Made by a program: the position numbers and the translations under genes. A stretch of 64,000 bases of DNA from Eledone cirrhosa. Its lineage: Eukaryota. The notes under the pieces were generated by a model. It saw only the letters and a program-made list of their open reading frames with translations. It had not been told where the DNA came from and searched no databases. How positions within the stretch are numbered: position 1 is the first letter of the stretch; each line of letters starts with the position of its first letter. The stretch is taken from contig CAXHJY010001343.1 in the NCBI GenBank assembly GCA_964016885.1, positions 1 through 64,000 on the forward strand, written 5' to 3'. Positions 25,441 through 38,183 of this stretch are shown here, piece after piece.

Positions 25441-28400
25441 GGTTGTTGAACTGATCAAGGAGGCCTCACTACCCTATGCTGTTGTTGTTACTGGTTGAAT
25501 GTAATTGCTAAAATCTTTGGTAAATACTATTGCATTAGCTGAATTAGTAAATGAAATAGTGTTAAGTACAAAATGTAATAATGATTGTCCAGATGTCAAA
25601 TATATATTTTGAGACAAAGCAATATTAATTAATCAGAGATATGGAAGACATTTTACAATTAATCATTTTATGGCTTTATTTCTAATGAAATGTATTGCAT
25701 TTCAATTAATTAGCACTTTTGATACAAACCACCTGAAATTACTTCAGGTTCTACAATATAAAACTGTTTATACTTATCTAAAAACCTTCCATCTTAAATA
25801 TAAGTATGTATATTTAAGTATCAGCCGTACTAAGAGTGAAAAATGAAATTTCATTTTTTCCACCTTCCATCTTAATTTTATGCAAAACCTTTGTTCCAAT
25901 CACTGACTTAATAATGGTTATTTTCAAAATCAATTGAAAATTATAGGCAGTGTCTATCATTAGAAATGTGGTAACAAAAGAGTTAAAGAAAAATTGAAAG
26001 TGATTGACTAAAATGATTAATTATTTCATTATTTAGATGATATTTGTATCCTAACTTAACAACTTCTAGATCATACATCTATGGGTACAAACACTTAGAC
26101 AGAACACTAGTAGAGTTCACTCGGTTTCATGTCTTACAACATACAACCAGGTGACTCGAATGAGGTTGACCAAACTTCAGCCCATGTCCAAAGAGTTCTT
26201 ATATAAAATTGTTTTGGAAGACTTTAATTTGAATAGGAATAATATGCGTTTAGAGTTTTTAACATAAAATATATACTTGTTTGTGTATTTACATAAGAAT
26301 ATTTATGTGTTATATGAAAATAGAGTGAAGTGATTTGAGTTCCAGTCTCCACTGGCTTTAGCTGTCAATAGCTGAAATGGGCCTCTATCCAGGGTTATAG
26401 ACCTTCCTCTACTCTTGACTTCAAAATGCTAGGAGGAATGGAATGATAGGATAGTAACCTTATTTCCATTAATCAAAATTGCTGAAGAAATGAGAAGCAG
26501 ATTGATGACCCGGGAGCAGGCCTGTGACAAAACTGTGCGAGGTGGAGATCTCTTGTCATCCAATGCTTCATGTGGAGCAAAGGGAACTAAAGAAAGAGTG
26601 CATGTAAGTATGTTATGGATGAATGCATATACATATGAATATGTGTATACACATGGATATGTTTATAAAACATGAACATGCATTTATGTTTCTTCAAAAA
26701 ACATGAGGTCATTAGATTTAAAGCACTACAGTTAAAACAATTATTTTAAATGTCCCAATATTAAAATGGCTTAACCCTTTCATTACTATATTACTAATGA
26801 AAAACACAACCAATGATTTTCAAATAATTTCGGAAATAATTTTTTTTTTTTAAATTGACGTGATTTAGTAAATCTTCCATCATAATCTTATGTAAGAATG
26901 TTTGGAACATTCTTACATAAAATTATGATGGAAGATTTTTATATATATATGAACACCTTAAAATAAATAAAATAAATAAATAGTGTTGTATCACATAAAA
27001 CCAGGGATGGTCTCAGGCAGTTTGATGCTATAAGGGCTGAAATACACCAGCTTAAAGCACCAAGGTATTTGTTGATGTTAGTGCCGAAACTTATTACGCA
27101 CATGAAACAGAATTTATATTGATTGTATTATTGATTGTTAAAATAGAAATTAAACTAAAATCAATAAATTGAAAATATCTTGACCAAAACTGAGTAACAA
27201 CATAAGAATAATAACTGTTTTTTTAATATATTTAAACAAACTATAAGAAACATTATGAAAGTAACCAATATATTGATCATCATTTTTACATCGACTTTTC
27301 TATGCTGGCATGGGTTAGACAGGGCCTTTACAACTAGTAAGACTACAGTAGCAGACAGACCCAATCTTCCTTCACTATCCGTTGTAACTTTCATAATCAA
27401 TTGTGGTCGAATGGTTAGTTCTGTATCATCATTTGACTGCAGCATCAAACAGCCTCAATCCTCCTCTACTCATTGTAACTTTCAAAATTAGTTGGGGTTC
27501 CACGGTTGGATGATTAGCCCAGGCAATCGATGGGATTTGAATACCTAGGCAGAATTTGAACTATTGTAGTTTCACAGTAAAGGTTTTATTTCACATAATA
27601 TCGAAGCTACTAGATTTTGATGCTATTTATGTTGAGAACAATACCTTAATGTAAGTATGAGTGGCTGATTAAGGCTGGTTTGAACAGAAAGCAGTGAAAG
27701 AATTCTGGCCAGATACGGCCGGCTTAAATCTAAAGGGTTATGGTAATTTTCCCTGCTAAAGCACGAGATATACATGCAGGACCTCGTGGGGTACCTTTTG
27801 AGACAATGCATGCTTTAGGGCCAGATACCTTTTCTAGCACATACTGGGATACAGTGTGCTTGTTCTAAAAAGAATGGAAGGTCAAATTCAGTGGGATTCG
27901 GACTCAGAGTGCAGAGAGTCGGAACAAATACCACAAAATATTCGATCCGACACTGTAACAACTCTGCAAATTTGCAGCTTTAAAGTAATAAATACCTTAA
28001 TACTTAATGACTGCATATCCTTTGAAGTAACTATAAATATTGATATTAAACAGTTATAAAAAGGAACATTTCTGAATCTTACTAATTAATATGGTTGTTA
28101 GTTCTCATTTTTAATAAAATGAGAATAGACCTTGGGCATTACTAACTAAAGGCTTCCAATTTAGCTACAAGGCCAACAATAGGTTTTTTTTGGTGGAGAA
28201 ATGGTTCATTAAGTGGGTCCCTGTACTTGACTGGTACTATTTTTATTGAACCAGGAGGGATGAAAAGCAAAGTGAACGTTGGTGGCAGTTGAATTTAGAA
28301 TGTAAAAAGCAGCAACTAAAGGATTTTGTAAAACTGTCACCTTCCACTCTTAACAAGATGCAAGATAAAAATAAAATAGAGAAAAATATTCCATGTTTTA

Positions 28401-28925
28401 AATAACTGACCAGTCTACTAAGCCAGACTTCACTGCAACAAAGCAATGCTCTAATTTGCTAATAGTCAAATAGTGTAACAATAAGACAACTGTGTAGTTA
28501 TAAATTCTTACATCTTACTATCAAGCTGTGAGCATATTCACTACTTATATAAAATACCAAACAAATGCTTATGTTAAAAATCAAAGAAGAAAAAAAAAAA
28601 AAAAAGAAAAGGAAAGTATACGCCATTAATAACTTAATAGGTCAAGGAATATTCTGTAAATTGGTGTCCAATATTTTATTAAAATAACTAAGTGATGCAA
28701 ACTTAATAAAATGATATTAAGTGTTGGCTGCATAAATATGTACACACTATTGATCGTTGGATACCTAGAAGTAAAGTAAAAAAAAGTACTACGCAATTGA
28801 GTAAATATGACATGAAAATTATATACACATACCTACACACACACATATATATATATATCTACATTATATATATATATACACACACACACACACGTGCGTG
28901 CGTGCGTGCGTGTGTGTGTGTATGT

Positions 28926-28958
<33 letters not shown>

Positions 28959-29589
28959 GATGGGTGTGTGTGTGCATGTGAGAGATAGTGTGAGAGGAAG
29001 AATTGACCCCAGTACTGGACTGGTACATTGTTTATTGACTACAAAATGATGAATGGTAAAGTATACATCAGTGAGATTTGAACTCAGAACACAGTGAGCC
29101 AGAACAAATACCAAGACATTTTTAATCTGATGTTCTAACAACTCTGCCAATTTGCCAGCTTAAATCTATTATATAGAAGGATAAATGAATATTAAATGAT
29201 GATTTATTTACACACTTTTCAGTACAGCCACCTTAATTCTGGAATACAACCCAACACGACCTTATAATAACATTGAGTGCTTGGAATGACGAACCGCCTG
29301 TAACTGTTGTTACACACTTAACTAACACACACACATATATAAACATATCATATATGGTTTCATATACACCTCTATTATGAGCCATGCGATGTTAGTGCTA
29401 TTGCTAATTAATTCTAGCCAGTGAAGCTTACAGTATATGCAAATGAGCATTTCCAGCTAATGTTTCATACACAAAAAAGTATAAGCTATAACTTTTTCTC
29501 GTCTCAGTAACAAGTGAATAAATGACACTGATGATTACTAAAAATCCAGAAACACATAGCAACTGATATAGCTGCAACATGATCATAGC

Positions 29590-30438
29590 TTAACCCTTTA
29601 GCATTTACATTACTCTATATTTATTATATTTTCATGGTCGGTGGATTGGCAGTATCGGTAGAGGGTCGGACGCCATGCTTTCCAGCATAGTTACGTCCCT
29701 TTACGATCTGAGTTCAAATCCCGCCGAGGTTGACTTTGCCTTTCATCCTTACGGGGTCGATAAAATAAAGTACCAGTAATGCACTGGGTAATTGCTGGCC
29801 TTGTGCCTAAAGTAGAAACAATTATATTTTCACGGTAAAGGCTTTACCTCACATAATATCAAATCTATAAGATTTTGATATTCATTTTGAGAACAATACC
29901 TTAACGTCAGTATGAGCAGCCGGTTACAGCCAGTTTTAACAGAAAAAGGGTGAGAGTATCATCATCACCGTTTTACGTCCATTCTTCCATGCTAGCATGG
30001 GTTAGACAGGTTGTCCTGTTGTGGGCAGTGTCCAGTTGGTTTACCTTATCTTGCTCATACAGGAACTGATTCTGGCACGATTTCTACAGATGGATGCCCT
30101 TCCTAACACCAACCTCATTTACAGTGAGTGCTGGGTGCTTTTTTTCTGTGGCACCTACACGTCCACTTTACAGTGTGGGCTGGGTGATTTTTTGCTGTGG
30201 CACCTCCACGACTACTTTGCAGTGGAATGATAGGGACCCCAGTCCTATCATCTCATTTCTACAGCTGAGTAAACTGGAGCAATTTGAAATAAAGTGTCTT
30301 GCTCAAGTGATTTGAAATAAAGTGTGTTGGTCAAGTGATTTGAAATAAAGTGTGTTGGTCAAGTGATTTGAAATAAAGTGTGTTGGTCAAGTGATTTGAA
30401 ATAAAGTGTCTTGGTCGGTTTAAATGGTAAAGGATCAA
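29590..30438. mobile_element. piggyBac-type MITE with two nested SINEs (M at ~29637-29820, C at ~29958-30415)
   Basis: MITE halves rejoin across both insertions; the family-M SINE has TSD attatattttca(t/c)ggt. Confidence 0.75.
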
Positions 30439-30892
30439 CACATCCACAGTGAGTCTTATGTTTATTATATGCACCTCTATTATATATCATCGTTTTAACA
30501 TCTATTTTTGCTACTAGCAAGATTTGAATGGGTCTACATAAACCAAGTCAATACTGAAGCATGGGCTACAGACCTACCAAGCAGGTTAGGGGTTTGTTAT
30601 CTCACTTACATATGGTCTTATGTTGTACTGAGTGCATAGGAGAGGTTGTCATCTCATCGACACAATTGAAGGGTTATCCCTACCCTTTGTTTGGTAAGCT
30701 TTCTATGGATGGATACCCTTCCTATCACCAACCACTTTACGGCATGTACTGAGTATGTTTATCATGTAGATCACCAACTCTAGGGTTGTCATGCCTTTGA
30801 AATGACTGAAAGGACTTTCCAACCCTTTGATTGGCAAGCTTTCAATAGCTGGATGCTTTCCCTATCATAGTATTTATATATGATATATATAC

Positions 30893-31765
30893 CATGTTTT
30901 GTGATGTGAAGACCAAAAATGTGAGGTGTTCAAGATTGCAAGGCAGTGTGTCAGGGTAAATTGTGATGTTGTTGGAGAAAAGTGTCTGAGATGATAATGA
31001 CACATTTCCCCTCACTGACACTGAAACGAAAGTAGCATGGAAGTGCTATTATGAAAGATTATTGAATGAGGAGAATGCATAGGAGCACAATAGTCTACTC
31101 CAAGTGGAACTAACAGAGAGTTCATTCAGCAATACAAGTCAGCAGCAGCATAGTAAATAAGGCAATTAAGGATATGAAGATTGGGAAAGCAGCTGATCTA
31201 TTGCAGATAGTCGTTGAGATGCTGAAAGCATCTGGGATGGTGGGCCATACCTTAACGACTCGTATTTTAAACCAAGTAGTACGAAATGGTGTCATACTAT
31301 TATTAGAAGCATTATTGTCAACTACTAAAAGGGTAAAGGAGATTCACTAGATAGAGCAAACTATAGAGACATCAGTTGATGGACCAGGTTCTAAAGGTCA
31401 CAGAAAGAGTTATAGCGCAGCTGATTAAGGACTGAGTTAAGCTAGATGAGATGCAGTTTGGATTTGTGCCAAGTAAAAGTACCTCTGATGCCCTCTACCT
31501 TGTAAGGCAACTACAGAAGTACCTAGCTAAAAGTAAGCTGCTTTACTTGGCATTTGTTGACCTGGAGAAAGCTTTTGACAGAATCCCTGTGCCATAATCT
31601 GCTAGGCTCTTAGAAAAGTAAATGAGTGGCTTGTGAAGGCAGTACAAGCCATATATGAGGAACAGTCAACAAAGTTAGGATTAACAATGACGAGGGCAAA
31701 GAATTTAGCATAGCTGAATCTATGGCAGGATTAGATAAGAAATTCCAAAACTGGAAGCATGGTTC
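30893..31765 (+). pseudogene. Decayed RTE (family A-related) internal fragment
   Basis: [16 protein letters not shown]...MQFGFVP...[12 protein letters not shown] with stops and frameshifts; internal deletion near 31710. Confidence 0.88.
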
Positions 31766-34555
31766 TTTAGAAAAATAAGAAAGGAGATTTAGAAAAATAA
31801 GTAACTTTTACATTATTATTGAATAAAGAAAACATTATCAAACACATATTTGGAGCATAACTTAACAAAAGTTCTTGCATAAAACTATGGAGGGAGGATT
31901 TTTGATAAATATGAACCCTTTAAAATAAACAGCTTAGTATTGTGAAACCAGAGGCAGTTTCAGATGGTTTGACATCAAAAGGTTTAAAGTACTTAACCTA
32001 ATTCAGTGAAAATTTAAAAGAGACCTGAAGAGCCTAAAATAAAGTCTGAAACATCCACTAGATCAGGAAGTATTGTTACTTTACATAGTCTTACTTAGTT
32101 TCCAACAGAAGCCTATCCTAATTCATAATCATCTGTTCTAGTTAATTTGGATGTTAAGACCAAAACAAATCTTCACAGCAGGAGTATGTTTATATTCATA
32201 ATAGGATAAATATGTTATTTAGTTGTAAGAGAAAGAAGGAAGAGAACTACTGTGAATGACATGTGATGTTTAATAGCTGGTGGCTTGTCAATGTTGGGGG
32301 TAAAATGTGTTGTTTAGTATATGATGTTGGTACCAAGACAAAAGGTGACAGTGTGTTGCTCAGTAGATACAAGTGAAAAGGTAGATAATAGAAGATAGGT
32401 CCTTTTAGTCCTCTTTCACCACTATTGGTAATAGGGGACTAAACAGATAGGATATTTAGTAGTTAGTCTTAGTGATAGACAGCAGTGAGCATGTTTAATA
32501 ATTAGAGACATGTTTAATTACTACAGACATGTGTTCAACAAAAGCAATAGGGAATTATCTAGACTACATAGGAAGGAATGGGAGACATGTTTAACAACTC
32601 GACCTGTCAAGTTTGAAACAAACATATCAGGCACTGAATAAGGTTAATAAACATAGACTATGTTGGTTCCCAAAGGGCCATATACTCTTAAACTATACTT
32701 TATCAAATACAGATCTTATAGATTCACCTCTATGTTTTTCTAGAGACTATCCATAAACTTTATAGCACTATTTATAGAAAGGTAGTTACCAGTCTGGGAG
32801 AGAGGACATCTTGAAGTTGATCTTTAAAAAAACTACCAAGACTAGTGATGCAATATCTACCAACCACAAACAAGATCTTCCAGTACATGGAGGCTGTCAA
32901 AAGATTCAAGAACAGAAAATGTTAATTGCTTTATAGATGTCCTTGTTTTTCACTGTTTCCTTTTTCCTTCTCTTTCATCTTTCTCTCTCTCGTTTTGTTT
33001 CTTACTTATAAGGGTTAAATATACCTCTCCTAGTTTGTCACATCTTACAAGTTCTATATGGGTGTTTAAATTGATTGAAAAATAGTTAACTGAGGGCGTG
33101 TCCTCTTTTGTAAGAGTTGGGGAAAAAATAATAGAAGACAATTCTTTAGAGAATTCCTTTTAAGAACATAGGTTTAGGAAGAGGCCAGTAAAGAGACATA
33201 TTGGATATACTGTTAAGGTGCTGTGGCTTGGGGTCAGTAATGGCTGTCATTTAGAATAATTTTCTTCTTTTAATCCTTTCATAACCATATTTGTAAAAGA
33301 CACTGCTTATAATTTTCAAATCATTTTGAAAACAATCAATAATTGTGCAAATGTCTTCTACTATATTATCAGACTAACCAATGCCTTGAGAGTGAATTTT
33401 GGTATCCAACCAAAAGAACACCACCTCAAGTCTTGTCTAACTATTGACAAAAAGGAACATGAGAATGACTGTGAGGAGTATGACACTGATGATGACAGTT
33501 TTACTAGCTGTGATAATAATTGTTTCTACTTTAAACACAAGGCCAGCAATTACCCAGTACATTACTGGTACTTTATTTTATCGACCCTGTAAGGATGAAA
33601 GGCAAAGTTAACCTCGGCGGGATTTGAACTCAGATCGTAAAGGGACGTAACTATGCTAGAAAGCATGGCGTCCAACCCTCTACCGATACTGCCAATTCAC
33701 CACCAATATTAATGTGTGTAAATGACAAAGTATAAATGAACCAAGAGAAAAATGAGTATAAGAGGAATCAGATGTAGTGTGCAAGAGAGAAGACTATACT
33801 GGTATGGAGTTGTGATGCATACTTTACTCAAGGTAGATATAATATTCTTTTATTAGTTTCAGTCATTGGACTATAACCATTCTGGATTTAGTCAATCATA
33901 TTAATCCAAGAACTTATTTTTTCAAGTCTGGTGCTTATTTTATCAATCTTGATTTGTCGAACTACTAAGTTACGGGACATAAATAGTAAATAAAAACAAA
34001 GGCACACATATATACTATGGGCTTCAATAGATTTTATTTATCAAATTTCACTCAAAAAGCATTGGTCAACCTGAGGTTATAATAAAAGACACTTGCTCAG
34101 TGGGACTGAATTCCTTAACCACAAAACCATGTCTACACCTATAATAATCTAGATCAAAGGTTCTCAACCCATTTCGGCCAAACGACCCTCAAAATCACGA
34201 AACGCACCCCTACCCTATTTTTCTATTTTTCAATATACTACTGATTTCGATATCAGTAGATTACTGGGCCAAATCAAGTTATGTTAGAATCTTTTAAAAA
34301 AATCTTTAAAAAATACTCGTACGAATTAAATACAAAAAAGTTTCAGTCCAAAACAAAAGCAAGCTATTTTAAATTATATATTTTTGAAAAATAGACGTGA
34401 ATGTTCTCAAAGATTTGATCTCAGTCGAAAAAGCTTTTTTTTTAAATTCTATATTTCACTGTTAGCTGTTGTAATATTTTGAGTGGATAGACAATTCTAC
34501 AATTCAAACTGTAAAGTCAAAATACAAAAAATGCAAAATATGAAGAATTTCTTAC

Positions 34556-34683
34556 CTTTCTCTTGAATCACAAACTCGAGGGAAAAATAGTACCTTGCAA
34601 AATAAAGTGCCTCGATCACAAACTTAGTTGCAACAAATGAATTGAGATGCTTAGTGACAGTAAGTAAACAATATCTGCATCCC
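34556..34683 (-). other. Candidate non-coding first exon, possibly of the 7.5-kb gene
   Basis: Strong donor GAAAG|GTAAGA; unique sequence; upstream (GA)n tract; CpGs locally retained. 5' boundary is a guess. Confidence 0.3.
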
Positions 34684-35206
34684 TTATATATATATATATA
34701 GATAGAGAGAGAGAGGGGGAGGGAGAGAGAGAGAGATAAAGTAAGAAATGTGTATGTGTGTGTGTGTTTGGTACACGTCTATCTATCTATCTATCTCTCC
34801 AACAGGGGGCTCAAACATGCGGCCCACGGTAGAACAATAAGGCGGTGAGCTGGTGGAATCTTTAGCACATCTGGTGAAATGCTTAGCGGTACTTCTTCCG
34901 TTTTTACGTTCCGAGTTCAAATTTCGCCGATCTTAACTTTGCCTTTCATCCTTTTGGGGTCGATAAATTAAGTACCAGTTGTGAACTGGGATCGATGTAA
35001 TCAACGGGACCCCAAACCCTAAATTTCATGATTTTCACCAGTTATCATTTCTACTATAGGCACAAGGCATCACCCACCACCACGTTTGGCCCAGTGCCTC
35101 TCCTCCAGGACGTAATGGCCCTTTTATGTCCTTGAGTTTGAGACTCCTCTTCCACACACACACACACATATAATATATATATATAATATATATATATAAT
35201 ATATAT

Positions 35207-35251
<45 letters not shown>

Positions 35252-35333
35252 TATATAATATATATATATATATTTATATAATATATATATATATATATAG
35301 TAATAATAATAAATTTGAAGACTAAAATCCAAA

Positions 35334-36552
35334 GAGGGCTCGATAAGGATAAATATATATCAAATATATAAGAACCGTAGAGCAAATATTTATTAAAATA
35401 ACAGATTAAAGTTTAAGAAAAAAAAAAAATAAATAAAAATAAATAAATAAATCGCTGCTTTCACCCTTAACAGGATCTTCTGAAACTAACAAAATCAATC
35501 TGTGAACGCAGAAGTGAATATTTCAAAAAACGTTGCAACCGGAGGAAGACAGGAAGACGATACTTTGGTTCGTGGAAACGTTCCCTGGTAGCTAAGTATA
35601 TGTTATGTTTATGCCATTACTTATTTGCATAGGTTAGTATATATTACCTGTATGTTTTGTGAAGGTACGTATACTTTCTAGTACGTATATTTGATTGTAT
35701 ATGTTATGGCGTATATTTTATATATTCTGGTACATATGCTTTTGGTTATGTGTATACGTGAGTTTTGCGTCTGTGTGAGTATGCGGGTTCGTACGTATGT
35801 AGGGTGTGTGTATATGTGTACTTTGTGTTTTGGTTGACGTACGTCTCCGAACATATGTGTATTTACATGTAGGTATGTGTGTGCGTTTGTTATATACGTA
35901 TTTATTTATTTATATACGTTTATTTAATTATTTGTATACACGCACGCACACACATTTATATGTGCATGTATTTGTATACCTATGGCGAATGTTTTCACGT
36001 ATGCTTGTGTATGTACGTATATGGATGCATGTATGTATTTATTTATTTATTTAATTTCAATTACCTCTGTATTTTATTTACTTTATTCTTAACTCTGAAG
36101 CCGAGAATCATTCGGTTTCCTAGTTAGAATTTTAGTCTACGACTTCAGTTATACCATTTACGTGGTTTTGTCTTTGCGTGCAATTGTTCTCCACACTTCA
36201 CATATGACGTATTATCTTCATTTTTTCCGTTCATTGCCAGAGAACGTCTCTATGAACCACCTAAGAGAATATTAGTCTACGACTTCTTTTATACCATAAA
36301 CGTGGTTTTGTCTTTGCATGTAATTGTTTTTCACCGCTCCAAATAATGACGTATTATATTCGTTTATTCCCGTTCTTTGCCAGGGAACGTTTCCACAAAC
36401 CAAAATATCGTCTTCCTGTCTTCCTCCGGTTGCAACGTTTTTTGAAATATTCACTTCTGCGTTCACAGATTGACTTTGTTAGTTTCAGAAGATCCTGTTA
36501 AGGGTGAAAGCAGAGATTCTTTGCTTAAACTTTAATCTGTTATTTTAATAAA
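35334..36552. mobile_element. Helitron-derived ~1.2-kb unit with ~180-bp inverted repeats
   Basis: 35388-35588 is the reverse complement of 36380-36552. Both the IR and the left flank match the Helitron at 41825-42413. Confidence 0.7.
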
Positions 36553-37240
36553 TCATCAACGTTTAACATCCGTGTTCCATGCTTGCATGGGTTTGGACGG
36601 GGGTTTTCCCACTTGAGGCAAGAGTGATTGTCTTGCTCGCATAGGACTGTCTGGCAGGCTTTCTACAGCTGGATGCCCTTCCTAACCCCAACCACATTTA
36701 CAGTGTGGGGCTGGGAGGTTTTTACTGTGTTGCCTACACGGCCACATTACAGCGTGGACTGTCTGGCGGGTTTTCTACAGCTGGATGCCCTTCCTAACAC
36801 CAACCACATTTACAGTGTGGGGCTGGGAGGTTTTTACCGTGTTGCCTACACGGCCACATTACAGCGTGGACTGTGTGTTTTTTTGTCGTGACACCTACAC
36901 GATCTCATTTGTTTCAGCCTGGATGTTGTGGCACCAACATAACTTTACATTGAAAGGGGCGGTGTGGATGGGGTGGGGGTGGGGGTGGTGGGACGGGGGT
37001 GTATTTTGTTAGAGATTGACTGTAGTAGGTTTTACTTTGTATTTAGGTAAGGCGGGTCTTCTCTATTACTGAGTACCGCCAAAGGTCTCGGTCCAGTGAC
37101 ATTGTCTTGGAGAGGTGTAAGTGTGTGAGGTCGGAATTTATCAGCTCGTCCCAGGTTTTTCTGGGTCTGCCTATTCCTTGGCTACCGTCTATCTTTATTG
37201 CCCTGCACTTTGTTATACAGCTATCGTCTTTCATGCGCAT
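36553..37240 (-). mobile_element. RTE family B 3' fragment with a 112-bp tandem duplication in the 3'UTR
   Basis: ORF 37043-37240; ggactgt at 36644, 36756 and 36868. Confidence 0.92.
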
Positions 37241-37254
37241 ATATATATATATAC

Positions 37255-37505
37255 ACTTTACCTTTTTTCTGTCTCTGGACTACGCCCATACTGGAGCATC
37301 ACCTTCGTAACTTATGGGGACGTCAACAAACCAACAAGCATTGGTGGGAGGGCAAACACAAACACAAAGACACACACAGACATATATACGACGCGCTTCT
37401 TTTAGTTTTGGTCTATCAAATCCACTCACAGGGCTTTGGTCAGCCCGGGCAGTGGGACTGAACCCGGAAACATGTGGTTGGGAAGCAAACTTCTTGTCAC
37501 ACTGC
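37255..37505 (-). mobile_element. Another tRNA-derived SINE family (also near 6945-7140, 20010-20140, 33845-34135)
   Basis: Minus strand has a GGTTCAGTCCCACTG B-box and AAGCCCTGTGAGTGGATTTGATAGAC...AAAAGAAGC. Confidence 0.6.
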
Positions 37506-37645
37506 GCGCGCGTGCGTGCGTGCGTGCGTGCGTGTGTGTTATCAAGTTAATGAAAATAAAACGAAAAAAGTCAAGCTACTTTATAACTTTGTTTTTATTT
37601 TTATTGTTAATTTAATACCCAATATCTGACTCTGTATCTAAAGAA

Positions 37646-38183
37646 TTAATTCAGCGAAACACAGAACTTCTCTATGGATTTTACAAGATTACATTGAGTC
37701 CTATCTACGGTACAGACCCTACCACCAGAGGTAGACCAGACTGAAAAAAGAAAATATATATATAAATCTACATACATACATTTAGCTATGCATTTATACA
37801 TTTGTATATATACATGCATTTATGTTTAAGTGTGTAAGGATGTTGACATGATTTATGCTTTTTTTGGGGTAAGGAGAGAATTTTGTCTCCAGATTTTATT
37901 ACCTAGGGAGATTAAATACCACAGCTCTGACTGAAAGCTGACCAGGTTCTCAACCTCATCAAACACCAACACCGGCCTGTGTGTGTATATATGTATGTGT
38001 GTATGTATGTATGTACATATGCATGTGTATGTATGATTGTATGTATATGTATTATGTATACACCCACACCTTTCATCACCATTGCTTCTTTTTCTTGTCA
38101 TTTCTGTTGTTCTTGTAACTGTTGTAAAAATTGACGTCCTTATTTTCATTTTCTTTGATTTCTTTCGTTTTTCTTTTATCTCC
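37646..38183 (-). CDS. Candidate three terminal exons (38070-38183, 37903-37976, 37646-37740) of an unidentified gene
   Basis: GT-AG introns with compatible phases (2, then 1) give ...RSNGDER/PVLVFDEVENLVSFQSELWYLISL/VWSTSGGRVCTVDRTQCNLVKSIEKFCVSLN*. AATAAA follows downstream. Two of the acceptors are weak. Confidence 0.4.

Noticed and set aside
30283-30415. 28-bp repeats superficially CRISPR-like
   Set aside because: No spacers; derived from the SINE CORE motif; eukaryotic context.
32020-33300. CTGAAGA..GAAA motif and faint GIY-YIG-like remnants
   Set aside because: Helices do not pair and the translation is too decayed to support a call.
36272-36466. 64-aa ORF inside the inverted-repeat unit
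   Set aside because: No recognisable motif; lies in Helitron-derived repeat sequence.
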